From Ruminococcaceae bacterium UBA1404 (GTDB taxonomy: Bacteria; Bacillota; Clostridia; Oscillospirales; Ruminococcaceae): 64,000 nucleotides of DNA. The DNA is taken from assembly GCA_002305075.1 (NCBI GenBank), contig DBQC01000022.1:22238-86237 (forward strand), written 5' to 3'. The position numbers and the translations under genes were made by a program. A model generated the notes under the pieces. The model worked only from the letters and a program-made list of their open reading frames with translations, searched no databases and had not been told where the DNA came from. Shown here in pieces: positions 53,681 through 62,958 of the stretch (the first letter of the stretch is position 1; each line of letters starts with the position of its first letter).

Positions 53681-55135
53681 TTATAGCTGACCGATGGCCC
53701 GAGGCTTTACGCCCTTGGGGATGGGGCAGATATAGCTTTCGTCGCCCAGGCGCTTTTTGAACTCGGCCTTGGCCTCCTCGATAATCTCGGGGTTCTCAAT
53801 CAGGTCGATGGCGGCGCCTCCCATAACCTTGCCGGCAAACAGCACACCCTTGTGGGCAATGCTGGTCTTATTGCAGGCCACATACTGCCAGGAGTGGCCG
53901 GGGGTGCCGGCGGCGGTGGTCACTGCCGAAATCTGAGCCGTGGGGGCTATCCAGCTGACATCGCCCACATCGGTAGAGCCGGCGCTGGGCACATTGGAGG
54001 TATAAAAGGGCATGAGGAAGTCGTAAAGCGGCCGGTCTTCTTTGAGAATGGCCTCCAATTCCTCGGGCAGCTCGGACAGTTTGAGCCGCCTGGTAATAAC
54101 CTCGATGGGGTCGAAGGGGCTCTCGTAGCTCTTTTGCACTTCGGTGGCAAAGGCCTTTTCCTCCTCGGTGTAGGTGGGAACGCCGATTTCCTGCATATTT
54201 TTATAGAGCACCTTCTCGAGCGTGGTGTTGACAATGGTGTTCGAGCAGCCCTTGACAAAGTCGATCTCCAACTCGGTCTCGGTCATCATGGCAGCGCCCT
54301 GGGCGATCTTGTTGACCCGGGCATAGAGCTCCTGCACCTGGCTGTTTTTGGGCGAGCGAATGAGATAGAGCACCGAGGCTTTGGGCTGCACCACATTGGG
54401 CGAGTAGCCGCCGGTGTCCAAAATGGCGTAGTGGATGCGGGCGGCGTCGATCATGTGCTCTCTGAGGAACTGCACACCCACATTCATCAGCTCCACGGCG
54501 TCCAGAGCCGAGCGGCCCAGATGGGGGTCACCGGCGGCGTGGGCCGACACGCCCTTAAACTTATACAGCACCTGCACATTGGCGTTGGAAGAACCGCTGG
54601 CAATGGCGTTGTAGCTGGCCGGATGCCAGGTGAGGGCCACATCGATGCCGTCGAACACACCCTCGCGGGCCATAAAGGCCTTACCCGAGCCGCCCTCCTC
54701 GCCGGGGCAGCCAAAGTAGATGATGGTACCCTCTTTGCCGGTGGCCTCCAGATACTCCTTGGCCGCCACCGCAGCAGCCAGGCTGGCCACACCCAGGCAG
54801 TTGTGTCCGCAGCCGTGGCCGGGTTTGCCGGGCTCTATCGGGGTTTTAACCGGGTTGCCACCCTCCTGCGAAAGGCCGGACAGCGCATCGTACTCACCTA
54901 AAAAGCCGATAACCGGGCTGCCGCTGCCCCAGGTGCCCGTAAAAGCGGTGGCCACATCGGCCACGCCCTTTTCCACCTTAAAGCCGTTCTTCTCAAGCAG
55001 TTCGCAGAGCTTATCCATGCTCTTAAACTCCTCAAAGGCGGTTTCGGCATACTCCCAGATACGGTCGTTGGCATCGATGAACATATCGCGTTTGTCTTCT
55101 ACTGCTTGTAGGGCTTTGCGCTTTGCCTGCTCCAT
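53681..55135 (-). CDS. AbgB-type M20D amidohydrolase, paralog P5 (clade B)
   Basis: 484 aa from ATG 55135, 8 nt after GGAGG. Motifs DRIWEYAETAFEE, GFLGEYDALSGLSQ, GHGCGHN, PGEEGGSGK, GSTDVGDVSW, C-terminal CPIPKGVKPRAIGQL. Confidence 0.9.
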   Translation of the reverse strand: MEQAKRKALQAVEDKRDMFIDANDRIWEYAETAFEEFKSMDKLCELLEKNGFKVEKGVADVATAFTGTWGSGSPVIGFLGEYDALSGLSQEGGNPVKTPIEPGKPGHGCGHNCLGVASLAAAVAAKEYLEATGKEGTIIYFGCPGEEGGSGKAFMAREGVFDGIDVALTWHPASYNAIASGSSNANVQVLYKFKGVSAHAAGDPHLGRSALDAVELMNVGVQFLREHMIDAARIHYAILDTGGYSPNVVQPKASVLYLIRSPKNSQVQELYARVNKIAQGAAMMTETELEIDFVKGCSNTIVNTTLEKVLYKNMQEIGVPTYTEEEKAFATEVQKSYESPFDPIEVITRRLKLSELPEELEAILKEDRPLYDFLMPFYTSNVPSAGSTDVGDVSWIAPTAQISAVTTAAGTPGHSWQYVACNKTSIAHKGVLFAGKVMGGAAIDLIENPEIIEEAKAEFKKRLGDESYICPIPKGVKPRAIGQL

Positions 55136-55223
55136 GGGATTGTCCTCCTTTTGGTCGCATAAGGTGGAAGGCCACAAAGAGGCTGGGCCAAAGCGATGCT
55201 TCGGCCCATGCCTTGTGGTCTGC

Positions 55224-56675
55224 TTACAGTTGTCCGATGGGACGGGGCTTTATGCCAGCGGGGATGGGGCAGACATAGCTTTCGCCGCCCAGCCGCTTTT
55301 GATGCTCGGCCTTGGCCTCGGCAACAAGCTCGGGATTGTTGATGAGGTCGATGGCGGTGGCACCCAGCACCTTACCGGTGTAAAGAACACCCTTGTGGGC
55401 AATAGAGGTCTTATTGCAGGCCACATACTGCCAGGAGTGACCGGGGGTGCCGGCGGCAGTGGTAACCACATTGATCTGGGCTGTGGGAGCTACCCAGGAT
55501 ACATCGCCCACATCAGTGGAGCCGGCCATGGGGGTGGTGGAGTTGAGATAGGGCATGAGGAAGTCGTTGAGGCTGGGACGAGCCTTAAGCTTCTCTTCGA
55601 CTTCGGGGGTCATGTGGTCGCCGAACTTATCCATAAACTTGGTGTATTCATCGCCGGGATTCTCGTAGCTCTTTTGCACTTCGGCGGCAAAGGCCTTCTC
55701 TTCCTCGGTGTAGGTGGGAACGGGAATCTCCTGCATATTCTTATACAGGGCCTTTTCGAGGGTGGCGTTGACGATGAGGTTGGAGCAGCCCTTGACAAAG
55801 TCGATCTCCAGCTCGGTCTCGGTCATCAGAGCAGCACCACGGGCAATTTTGTTCACCCGCTCGTAGAGCTCCTGCACCTGGGCATTCCTAGGCGAACGGA
55901 TGAGATAGAGCACCGAGGCTTTGGGCTGCACCACATTGGGCGAGTAGCCGCCGGTGTCCATAATGGCGTAGTGGATGCGGGCAGCATCGACCATGTGCTC
56001 TCTGAGGAACTGCACGCCCACATTCATCAGCTCCACGGCGTCCAGAGCCGAGCGGCCCAGATGGGGGTCGCCGGCGGCGTGGGCCGACACACCCTTAAAC
56101 TTATACAGCACCTGCACATTGGCATTGGAGGAGCCGGTAAAAATCATGTTGGCCGTGCTGGGATGCCAGCAGAGTGCAATATCAAGATTATCAAACACGC
56201 CTTCGCGGGCCATAAAAGCCTTGCCCGAGCCACCCTCTTCGCCGGGGGTGCCGTAGTAGACGATGGTGCCCGACTTGCCGGTGGCCTCCAGATACTCCTT
56301 GGCCGCCACAGCGCCGGCTAGGCTACCCACGCCCAGGCAGTTATGTCCACAGCCATGGCCGGGTTTGCCGGGCTCTATCGGGGTTTTAACCGGGTTGCCA
56401 CCCTCCTGCGAGAGGCCGGACAGCGCATCGTACTCACCTAAAAAGCCGATAACCGGGCTGCCGCTGCCCCAGGTACCACTAAAGGCGGTGGGGATGTCGG
56501 CAACGTTCTTCTCTACTTTAAAGCCGTTTTTCTCGAGGAGTTCGCAGAGCTTATCCATGCTCTTGTATTCCTCAAAGGCTGTTTCGGCGTACTCCCAGAT
56601 GCGGTCGTTGGCATCGATGTACATATCCTTCTTGGCGTCGACACCTGCAATTGCTTGGGCTTTGAACTGATCCAT
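55224..56675 (-). CDS. AbgB-type M20D amidohydrolase, paralog P6 (clade B)
   Basis: 483 aa from ATG 56675. Same motif set as P5. Confidence 0.9.
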   Translation of the reverse strand: MDQFKAQAIAGVDAKKDMYIDANDRIWEYAETAFEEYKSMDKLCELLEKNGFKVEKNVADIPTAFSGTWGSGSPVIGFLGEYDALSGLSQEGGNPVKTPIEPGKPGHGCGHNCLGVGSLAGAVAAKEYLEATGKSGTIVYYGTPGEEGGSGKAFMAREGVFDNLDIALCWHPSTANMIFTGSSNANVQVLYKFKGVSAHAAGDPHLGRSALDAVELMNVGVQFLREHMVDAARIHYAIMDTGGYSPNVVQPKASVLYLIRSPRNAQVQELYERVNKIARGAALMTETELEIDFVKGCSNLIVNATLEKALYKNMQEIPVPTYTEEEKAFAAEVQKSYENPGDEYTKFMDKFGDHMTPEVEEKLKARPSLNDFLMPYLNSTTPMAGSTDVGDVSWVAPTAQINVVTTAAGTPGHSWQYVACNKTSIAHKGVLYTGKVLGATAIDLINNPELVAEAKAEHQKRLGGESYVCPIPAGIKPRPIGQL

Positions 56676-56791
56676 GGGAAATGCGCTCCTTTCATTTTGA
56701 AGGTCTTTTTTAGAAGGCGGATGCCAAGGCATCCCCAAAACTAAGCCCACAGAACCGCAGTATAGATAGCGCTGCGGCCCCGAGGGAGGGC

Positions 56792-58243
56792 TTACAGCTT
56801 ACCGATGGGCCGGGGGGCAACGCCTGCGGGGATGGGGCAGATATAGCTGTCGCCACCCAGGCGCTTTTTGTGCTCGGCCTTGGCGGCTTCGAGCACTTCG
56901 GGGTTATCAATCAGATCAATAACCGTGGCACCCATAACCTTGCCTGCGTAGATGACACCCTTGTGGGCAATAGAGGTCTTATTACAGGAGACATACTGCC
57001 AGGAGTGACCGGGGGTGCCGGCGGCAGTGGTAACAGCCTGCATCTGGGCCGTGGGAGCTACCCAGCTGACATCGCCTACATCGGTAGAACCGGGAGCTAC
57101 GGCATTGGAAGTGATAAAGGGCATGAGGAAGTCGTTGAGGCTGGGGCGGGCCCGCAGCTTCTCCTCAACTTCGGGGGTCATGTGGTCCCCATATTCCTCC
57201 ATAAGCCTGGCATATTCGTCGCCGGGGTTCTCGTAGCTCTTTTGTATCGCGGCGGCAAAGGCCTTTTCTTCCTCGGTATAGGTGGGAACCGGAATGGCCT
57301 CCATGTTCTTATAGAGGGCCTTTTCGAGGGTGCTGTTGATCACCATATTGGAGCAGGCCTTGACAAAGTCGATCTCCAGCTCGGTCTCGGTCATCATGGC
57401 AGCGCCCTGGGCAATCTTGTTGACCCGGGCGTAGAGCTCCTGTACCTGGGCATTCTTGGGCGCACGGATGAGATAGAGTACCGATGCCTTGGGCTGCACC
57501 ACATTGGGGGAGTAGCCGCCGGTGTCTAAAATGGCGTAGTGGATGCGCGCAGCGTCGATCATGTGCTCTCTTAGGAACTGCACACCCACATTCATCAGCT
57601 CCACGGCGTCCAGAGCCGAGCGGCCCAGATGGGGGTCGCCGGCGGCGTGGGCCGACACGCCCTTAAACTTATAAAGCACCTGCACATTGGCCAGATAGGA
57701 GCCGGTCATGATGCAGTTGGTGGTACCGGGGTGCCAGGTGATGGCGGCATCGATGCCATCAAACACGCCTTCGCGGGCCATAAAAGCTTTACCGGAGCCG
57801 CCCTCCTCGCCGGGGGTGCCAAAGAAGATGACGGTGCCCTCTTTGCCGGTGGCCTCCAGATACTCCTTGGCCGCTACGGCGGCAGCCACGCTGGCTACGC
57901 CAAAGCAGTTGTGTCCGCAGCCGTGGCCGGGAGCGCCGGGGATAATGGGTGTTTTAACCGGATTGCCACCCTCTTGGGAAAGGCCGGAAAGCGCATCGTA
58001 CTCGCCGAGGATGCCGATAACCGGGTTGCCGCTGCCATAGGTGCCCTTAAAGGCGGTGGCAAGGTTGCCAATGCCCTTTTCCACCGCAAAGCCGTTTTGC
58101 TCCAGCAGCTCGCAGAGCGTCTCCATGCTCTTAAATTCCTCAAAAGCCGTTTCGGCGTATTCCCAGATGCGGTCGTTGGCTTCGGCATAAACATCATACT
58201 TGGCATCTACGCCCGCCAGGGCTTGTTTTTTCATCTGTTCCAT
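56792..58243 (-). CDS. AbgB-type M20D amidohydrolase, paralog P7 (clade B)
   Basis: 483 aa from ATG 58243 after AAGGAG. Same motif set as P5. Confidence 0.9.
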   Translation of the reverse strand: MEQMKKQALAGVDAKYDVYAEANDRIWEYAETAFEEFKSMETLCELLEQNGFAVEKGIGNLATAFKGTYGSGNPVIGILGEYDALSGLSQEGGNPVKTPIIPGAPGHGCGHNCFGVASVAAAVAAKEYLEATGKEGTVIFFGTPGEEGGSGKAFMAREGVFDGIDAAITWHPGTTNCIMTGSYLANVQVLYKFKGVSAHAAGDPHLGRSALDAVELMNVGVQFLREHMIDAARIHYAILDTGGYSPNVVQPKASVLYLIRAPKNAQVQELYARVNKIAQGAAMMTETELEIDFVKACSNMVINSTLEKALYKNMEAIPVPTYTEEEKAFAAAIQKSYENPGDEYARLMEEYGDHMTPEVEEKLRARPSLNDFLMPFITSNAVAPGSTDVGDVSWVAPTAQMQAVTTAAGTPGHSWQYVSCNKTSIAHKGVIYAGKVMGATVIDLIDNPEVLEAAKAEHKKRLGGDSYICPIPAGVAPRPIGKL

Positions 58244-58283
58244 GTTCTTCTCCTTATGTAAAATAAATTTCAAATCTGCACAC

Positions 58284-59729
58284 CTAGTTTTTAGAGCCGA
58301 TGGCCCGCGGCTTTACGCCCTTGGGAATGGGGCAGACATAGCTGCTGCCGCCCAGGCGCTTTTTAAGCTCGGCCTTGGCAGCCCCTAAGAGTTCGGGGTT
58401 ATCAATAAGGTCAATGCCGGCGCCGGCCATCACCTTGCCGGCCGTGAGCACGCCCTTATGGGCCACCGAGGTATTGCTCATGGCCACATTCTGCCAGGAG
58501 TGCCCTGGAGAGCGGGCCGCCCAGGTAAGGGCGCTGATTTGGGCCGTGGGGCAAACCCAGCTGACATCGCCCACATCGGAGGAGCCGGGGGATACCGTCT
58601 CAAAGCTGACATGGGGCAGCAAAAAGTCGTTGATGGACACATCCTCGGCCTGACGCTCGGCAATCATCTCGGCCCAGACCTCGGACATCTTAGCCATGGA
58701 GTCCGCCGCACCCGGCGACTCGTAACTGGCAATGATCTCTCGGCAGAGCTGGCGCTCCTCCTCGGTATAGGTGGGCAGTCCCACTTCCTCGTAGTTCTTA
58801 TAGAGCACCGATTCGATGACATTGTTGGGCACAATGTTAGAGCAGGCCTTAATAAAGTCTATGGTCAGCTCGGTTTCGGTCATCATGGCAGCGCCCCGGG
58901 CAATCTTCTCTACCCGCTTGGCTAGCTCGAGCACCTGCGGGGTTTTGGGCGAACGGATGAGATAGAGCACATCGGCGGTGGGTTGCACCACATTGGGCGA
59001 GTAGCCGCCTGTGTTGGTGATGGCGTAGTGGATGCGGGCCGAATCGATCATATGCTCGCGAAGGAACTGCACGCCCACATTCATCAGCTCCACGGCGTCC
59101 AGCGCCGAACGGCCCAGATGCGGGTCGCCGGCGGCGTGGGCCGACACGCCCTTAAACTGATATTCAATTTGAACATTGGCAAGGTTGGATCCACTGCGCA
59201 CATTAAAGGTGCTGGCCGGGTGCCATGTGATACAGGCGTCGCACTCGTCAAAAACGCCCTCTCGGGCCATAAAAGCCTTGCCCGAGCCGCCCTCCTCGCC
59301 GGGGCAGCCAAAGTAGATCACCGTGCCCGATTTGCCGGGGTTGTTCTCTAAGTAGTGTTTTACAGCCATCACCGCCGCCAGCGAACCGGCACCTAAGTTG
59401 TTGTGACCGCAGCCGTGGCCGGGTCCGCCGGGAACAATGGGTGTTTTAACCGCGACGCCACCTTCTTGAGAGAGGCCGGAAAGGGCATCGTACTCGCCCA
59501 AAAAGCCGATGACGGGTTTGCCGCTGCCAAAGCGACCGGTAAAGGCGGTGGGCACATCGGCCACACCCTTCTCCACCTCAAAGCCCTGGGCAGCCAGCGC
59601 GTCACAGAGGATGTCCATCGAGATAAACTCCTGGAAAGCCGTCTCGGGATTTTCCCAAAGACGGTCGTTTACCTCAATGATTACTTCGCTGCGTGCATCG
59701 ATGATAGACAAAGCCTGCTTCTTGTCCAA
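58284..59729 (-). CDS. AbgB-type M20D amidohydrolase, paralog P8 (clade B)
   Basis: 481 aa. TTG 59729 is the only in-frame start that keeps the conserved N-terminus (in-frame TGA 18 nt upstream). GGAGAGG SD 6 nt upstream. Confidence 0.88.
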   Translation of the reverse strand: MDKKQALSIIDARSEVIIEVNDRLWENPETAFQEFISMDILCDALAAQGFEVEKGVADVPTAFTGRFGSGKPVIGFLGEYDALSGLSQEGGVAVKTPIVPGGPGHGCGHNNLGAGSLAAVMAVKHYLENNPGKSGTVIYFGCPGEEGGSGKAFMAREGVFDECDACITWHPASTFNVRSGSNLANVQIEYQFKGVSAHAAGDPHLGRSALDAVELMNVGVQFLREHMIDSARIHYAITNTGGYSPNVVQPTADVLYLIRSPKTPQVLELAKRVEKIARGAAMMTETELTIDFIKACSNIVPNNVIESVLYKNYEEVGLPTYTEEERQLCREIIASYESPGAADSMAKMSEVWAEMIAERQAEDVSINDFLLPHVSFETVSPGSSDVGDVSWVCPTAQISALTWAARSPGHSWQNVAMSNTSVAHKGVLTAGKVMAGAGIDLIDNPELLGAAKAELKKRLGGSSYVCPIPKGVKPRAIGSKN

Positions 59730-60089
59730 AAATAGCCTCTCCCTTCATAAAAAAAGATTATTCGGCCAGTAGTTTACACCCTGTAATCTATACCTATATT
59801 TTATCTAATTTGGCATCTCCTTAGCAAGATACAGAATACACAAAGGATTATGGCCCTTATTGTTCCTTCTAACCTAAGCGAGAAAATCCATTTAAGTCTA
59901 TGCTGCATTTGGGCCGGACATGCCGAACACCGCTGCGCGAGCAACTTGGGATGCAGCCCCTTCAAAGCCTCTATACGCCTTGTAATTACCGCAAAATATG
60001 CTATACTATTAAGATAAACATCGCTTTGGTTTGCCAAATTTTTTAGCCACGCTCGGTGGCTTACTTTATTTTGTCAGGAGGTTCCTTTC

Positions 60090-62096
60090 ATGGAAAAAAA
60101 GACCTATTACATCACCACCCCCATTTACTACCCCTCGGACAGACTGCATATCGGCCACAGCTACTGCACGGTGGTCTGCGATGCGCTGGCCCGCTTTAAG
60201 CGAATGCAGGGGTACGATGTGATGTTCCTGACCGGCACCGACGAGCATGGCATGAAAATCGAACAAAAGGCAAAAGCCGCCGGCGTTACGCCCAAGCAAT
60301 ATGTAGACAAGATTGTGGACGGCATCCATGTGCTGTGGGATCTTATGAACATCACAAACGACCGCTTTATCCGTACCACCGACGATTATCATGTGGCGGC
60401 CACCCAGCGCATCTTCCGCACCCTGTACGACAAGGGCGAAATCTATAAAGGCACCTATAAGGGCAAGTATTGCACGCCCTGCGAGAGCTTTTGGACCGAA
60501 AGTCAGCTATTAAACGGTGGCTGCCCCGATTGCGGCCGCCCGGTAGAAGACGCCGAGGAGGAGGCCTATTTCTTCCGGCTGTCGGCCTATGCCGACCGGC
60601 TGATGCAGCTCTATGCCGACAACCCCAACTTCATCTTCCCCGAAAGCCGCAAAAATGAGATGATTAACAACTTTATAAAGCCCGGGCTTGAGGATTTGTG
60701 CGTTTCTCGCACCAGCTTTACCTGGGGTATACCGGTGGACTTTGACCCTGGCCATGTGGTCTATGTCTGGGTGGACGCCCTGTCCAACTATATCACGGCC
60801 CTAGGCTACGAAAACGACCGCTACAACGACTTTAAGCGCTACTGGCCGGCCGATTTGCACATGGTGGGCAAAGAGATTACCCGCTTTCATTCCATCATCT
60901 GGCCGGCGCTGCTTATGGCCCTCGACCTGCCGCTGCCCAAAATGGTCTTTGGCCATGGCTGGCTGCTGATGGGAGACGGCAAAATGAGCAAGTCTAAGGG
61001 CAATGTGGTAGACCCCGAAGTTCTTGCCCGTCGCTATGGGGTGGATGCGCTGCGCTACTTTTTGCTAAGAGAGTTCCCCCTCGGCTCGGACGGCGTGTTC
61101 TCCAACGAGCTGCTTATCAGCCGCATCAACTCGGATTTGGCCAACGACTTGGGCAACCTTGTCAGCCGCACCGTGTCCATGGTGGAGCGCTACTTCGACG
61201 GGGCCATCCCCCAAAACCGTCAGGCTGAAGAAAGCGACCAAGGGCTCATCGATATGCTCAATAAGCTTCGGGCCGGCGTGGAGAGTCACATGGACAAACT
61301 ATCTCCCCAGTCGGCACTGATGGACATTTTTGCCGTGATTTCGCGGGCCAACAAATATATCGACGAAAATAGCCCCTGGCTGCTTATCAAGGATGAGGCG
61401 AGCCATCCCCGGTTGGCTCAGGTGCTCTACAACCTGCTTGAGGCCATCCGGGTGTCGGCCATTTTGCTAAACGCCTTTATCCCCGAAAGCTGCGAGACCA
61501 TTTTGGCCCAAATCGGCCAGGACGCCGCCCAGCTTGAGTCCCTTGAAGCCGCCTGCTACCGGGCCGACCTCAACTATGACGCCGTTAAAAAGACCGGCAA
61601 CTTGTTCCCCCGCATCGACCTGCAAAAGGAGCTGGCCGAGCTGGACCGCATGAAGGAGGAGGCTGCGGCTGCCGCCGAGAAGGCCCCCGAGAAGACCGCC
61701 GAAAAGGTGCCGGAAAAGACCGCTGACAAGGCCGACCAGCCCGAGCAGCCCAAAATGATCTCGATTGACGACTTTATGGATATGCAGCTCATCGTCTGCA
61801 AGGTGCTGGACTGCCAGCCGGTAAAAAAGAGCGACAAGTTGCTGCTGTTTAAGCTTGACGACGGCAGCGGCACCCCCCGGCAGATTGTGTCGGGCATTGC
61901 GGCTTGGTATAAGCCCGAAACGCTCATCGGCAAAAAGGTTGTGGCCGTAACCAACCTAAAGCCGGTCAAGCTGCGGGGTGAGCTGAGCCAGGGTATGATC
62001 CTCTCGGCCGATTCGGGCTTTGACGCCGATGGCAACGAGCTGGTCACCCTCATCGAACTGGACCCCGCCATCCCGGTGGGCTCCCGCATCCGGTAG
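60090..62096 (+). CDS. metG: Methionine--tRNA ligase with a C-terminal tRNA-binding (EMAP/Trbp111-like) domain
   Basis: HIGH-type motif (RLHIGHSY), KMSKS, a CxxC...CxxC zinc knuckle, a Lys/Glu/Ala linker, and a C-terminal OB-fold domain. AGGAGG SD. Confidence 0.93.
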   Translation: MEKKTYYITTPIYYPSDRLHIGHSYCTVVCDALARFKRMQGYDVMFLTGTDEHGMKIEQKAKAAGVTPKQYVDKIVDGIHVLWDLMNITNDRFIRTTDDYHVAATQRIFRTLYDKGEIYKGTYKGKYCTPCESFWTESQLLNGGCPDCGRPVEDAEEEAYFFRLSAYADRLMQLYADNPNFIFPESRKNEMINNFIKPGLEDLCVSRTSFTWGIPVDFDPGHVVYVWVDALSNYITALGYENDRYNDFKRYWPADLHMVGKEITRFHSIIWPALLMALDLPLPKMVFGHGWLLMGDGKMSKSKGNVVDPEVLARRYGVDALRYFLLREFPLGSDGVFSNELLISRINSDLANDLGNLVSRTVSMVERYFDGAIPQNRQAEESDQGLIDMLNKLRAGVESHMDKLSPQSALMDIFAVISRANKYIDENSPWLLIKDEASHPRLAQVLYNLLEAIRVSAILLNAFIPESCETILAQIGQDAAQLESLEAACYRADLNYDAVKKTGNLFPRIDLQKELAELDRMKEEAAAAAEKAPEKTAEKVPEKTADKADQPEQPKMISIDDFMDMQLIVCKVLDCQPVKKSDKLLLFKLDDGSGTPRQIVSGIAAWYKPETLIGKKVVAVTNLKPVKLRGELSQGMILSADSGFDADGNELVTLIELDPAIPVGSRIR

Positions 62097-62102
62097 CCGC
62101 CC

Positions 62103-62876
62103 ATGCATCCTTTATTTGACAGCCACGCCCACTACGACCACCCCCGATTTGATAGCGACCGGGAGGCATTGCTGGCCGATCTACCCCAGCGGGGTGTGGG
62201 GCTGGTGGTGAACATCGGCGCCGACGGGCCCAGCAGCACTGCCAGTATCAGTCTGGCCGAGCGGTATGATTATATCTACGCCACGGTGGGCCTTCATCCC
62301 CACGATGCCACCGACCTCGATGAGAAGCTTCTGTCACAGCTGGCCGAGCAGTGCGCCCATCCCAAGGTGGTGGCGCTGGGTGAGATTGGCCTGGATTACC
62401 ACTACGACTTCTCCCCGCGCGATGTGCAGCGGTCCGCCTTTGAGCGTCAGCTTGAGCTGGCATGTGCGCTTGATATACCGGTGGTGATACACAGCCGCAA
62501 GGCCGCCGAGGACACCTATCAGCTGCTTGAGCGCTATCGCCCCGCCGGCATTATCCACTGTTTTTCCGGCTCGGCCGAGATGGCCGAGGCCTATGTGAAG
62601 CTGGGGTTTTATATCGGATTTACCGGCGTGGTCACCTTTAAAAACGCAAAACAGCCGCTGCGGGCGGCGGCTGCCGTGCCGCTGGACCGGCTGCTGATTG
62701 AGACCGATTGCCCCTATATGGCCCCCGAGCCCTTTCGGGGCCGCCGCTGCGATTCCACCATGTTGACCCATACCGCCGCCGCTCTGGCCGCTCTAAAGGG
62801 TGTGGACACCGACACCCTGATACGCCACAGCTACGATAATGCTCGGGCTGTATATCGCATCAATAAGGTAGATTAA
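62103..62876 (+). CDS. tatD: TatD-family metal-dependent hydrolase
   Basis: FDSHAH...GLHPH...GEIGLDYHY...HSR...H.FSG...ETD.PY motifs. The classic metG-tatD (yabD) pairing. Confidence 0.88.
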   Translation: MHPLFDSHAHYDHPRFDSDREALLADLPQRGVGLVVNIGADGPSSTASISLAERYDYIYATVGLHPHDATDLDEKLLSQLAEQCAHPKVVALGEIGLDYHYDFSPRDVQRSAFERQLELACALDIPVVIHSRKAAEDTYQLLERYRPAGIIHCFSGSAEMAEAYVKLGFYIGFTGVVTFKNAKQPLRAAAAVPLDRLLIETDCPYMAPEPFRGRRCDSTMLTHTAAALAALKGVDTDTLIRHSYDNARAVYRINKVD

Positions 62877-62906
62877 ACCGTTAAAAAGCCTTTTGGCTTG
62901 CAGCAC

Positions 62907-62942
62907 AAAAAAAGTCCCCCGCCTGTGGCGGGGGACTTTTGG
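62907..62942. terminator. Bidirectional terminator between tatD and gdhA
   Basis: aaaagtcccccgcc / ggcgggggactttt. Confidence 0.8.
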
Positions 62943-62958
62943 TTGTAAGGATTTAAGC

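Noticed and set aside
54720-56321. 533-aa plus-strand ORF spanning the P5/P6 boundary. Similar long plus-strand ORFs lie across the array (48695-49690, 50426-51442, 53852-54901, 57629-58261).
   Set aside because: They are antisense to ORFs with clear M20 motifs. They have low-complexity Gly/Ala/Arg/His-rich translations, no SD and no recognisable domains. These are typical shadow ORFs of high-GC coding DNA.
47275-59729. Periodic ~1.5-kb repetition, considered as a CRISPR array, satellite or mobile-element repeat.
   Set aside because: The repeat unit is a full-length protein-coding gene (M20 paralogs). There are no short direct repeats with spacers, and no transposase, integrase or terminal inverted repeats.
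59801-60037. 78-aa minus-strand ORF in the P8/metG intergenic region.
   Set aside because: It has no SD, odd composition, and overlaps the predicted promoters for both flanking genes.
59990-60089. Possible T-box or attenuator leader for metG: extended -10 TGCTATACT followed by hairpin AGCCAC-GCTCG-GTGGCT and a T-rich run.
   Set aside because: The leader is only ~75 nt, far too short for a T-box, with no specifier loop or T-box sequence. The hairpin is short (6 bp), so at most it is a minor leader structure.
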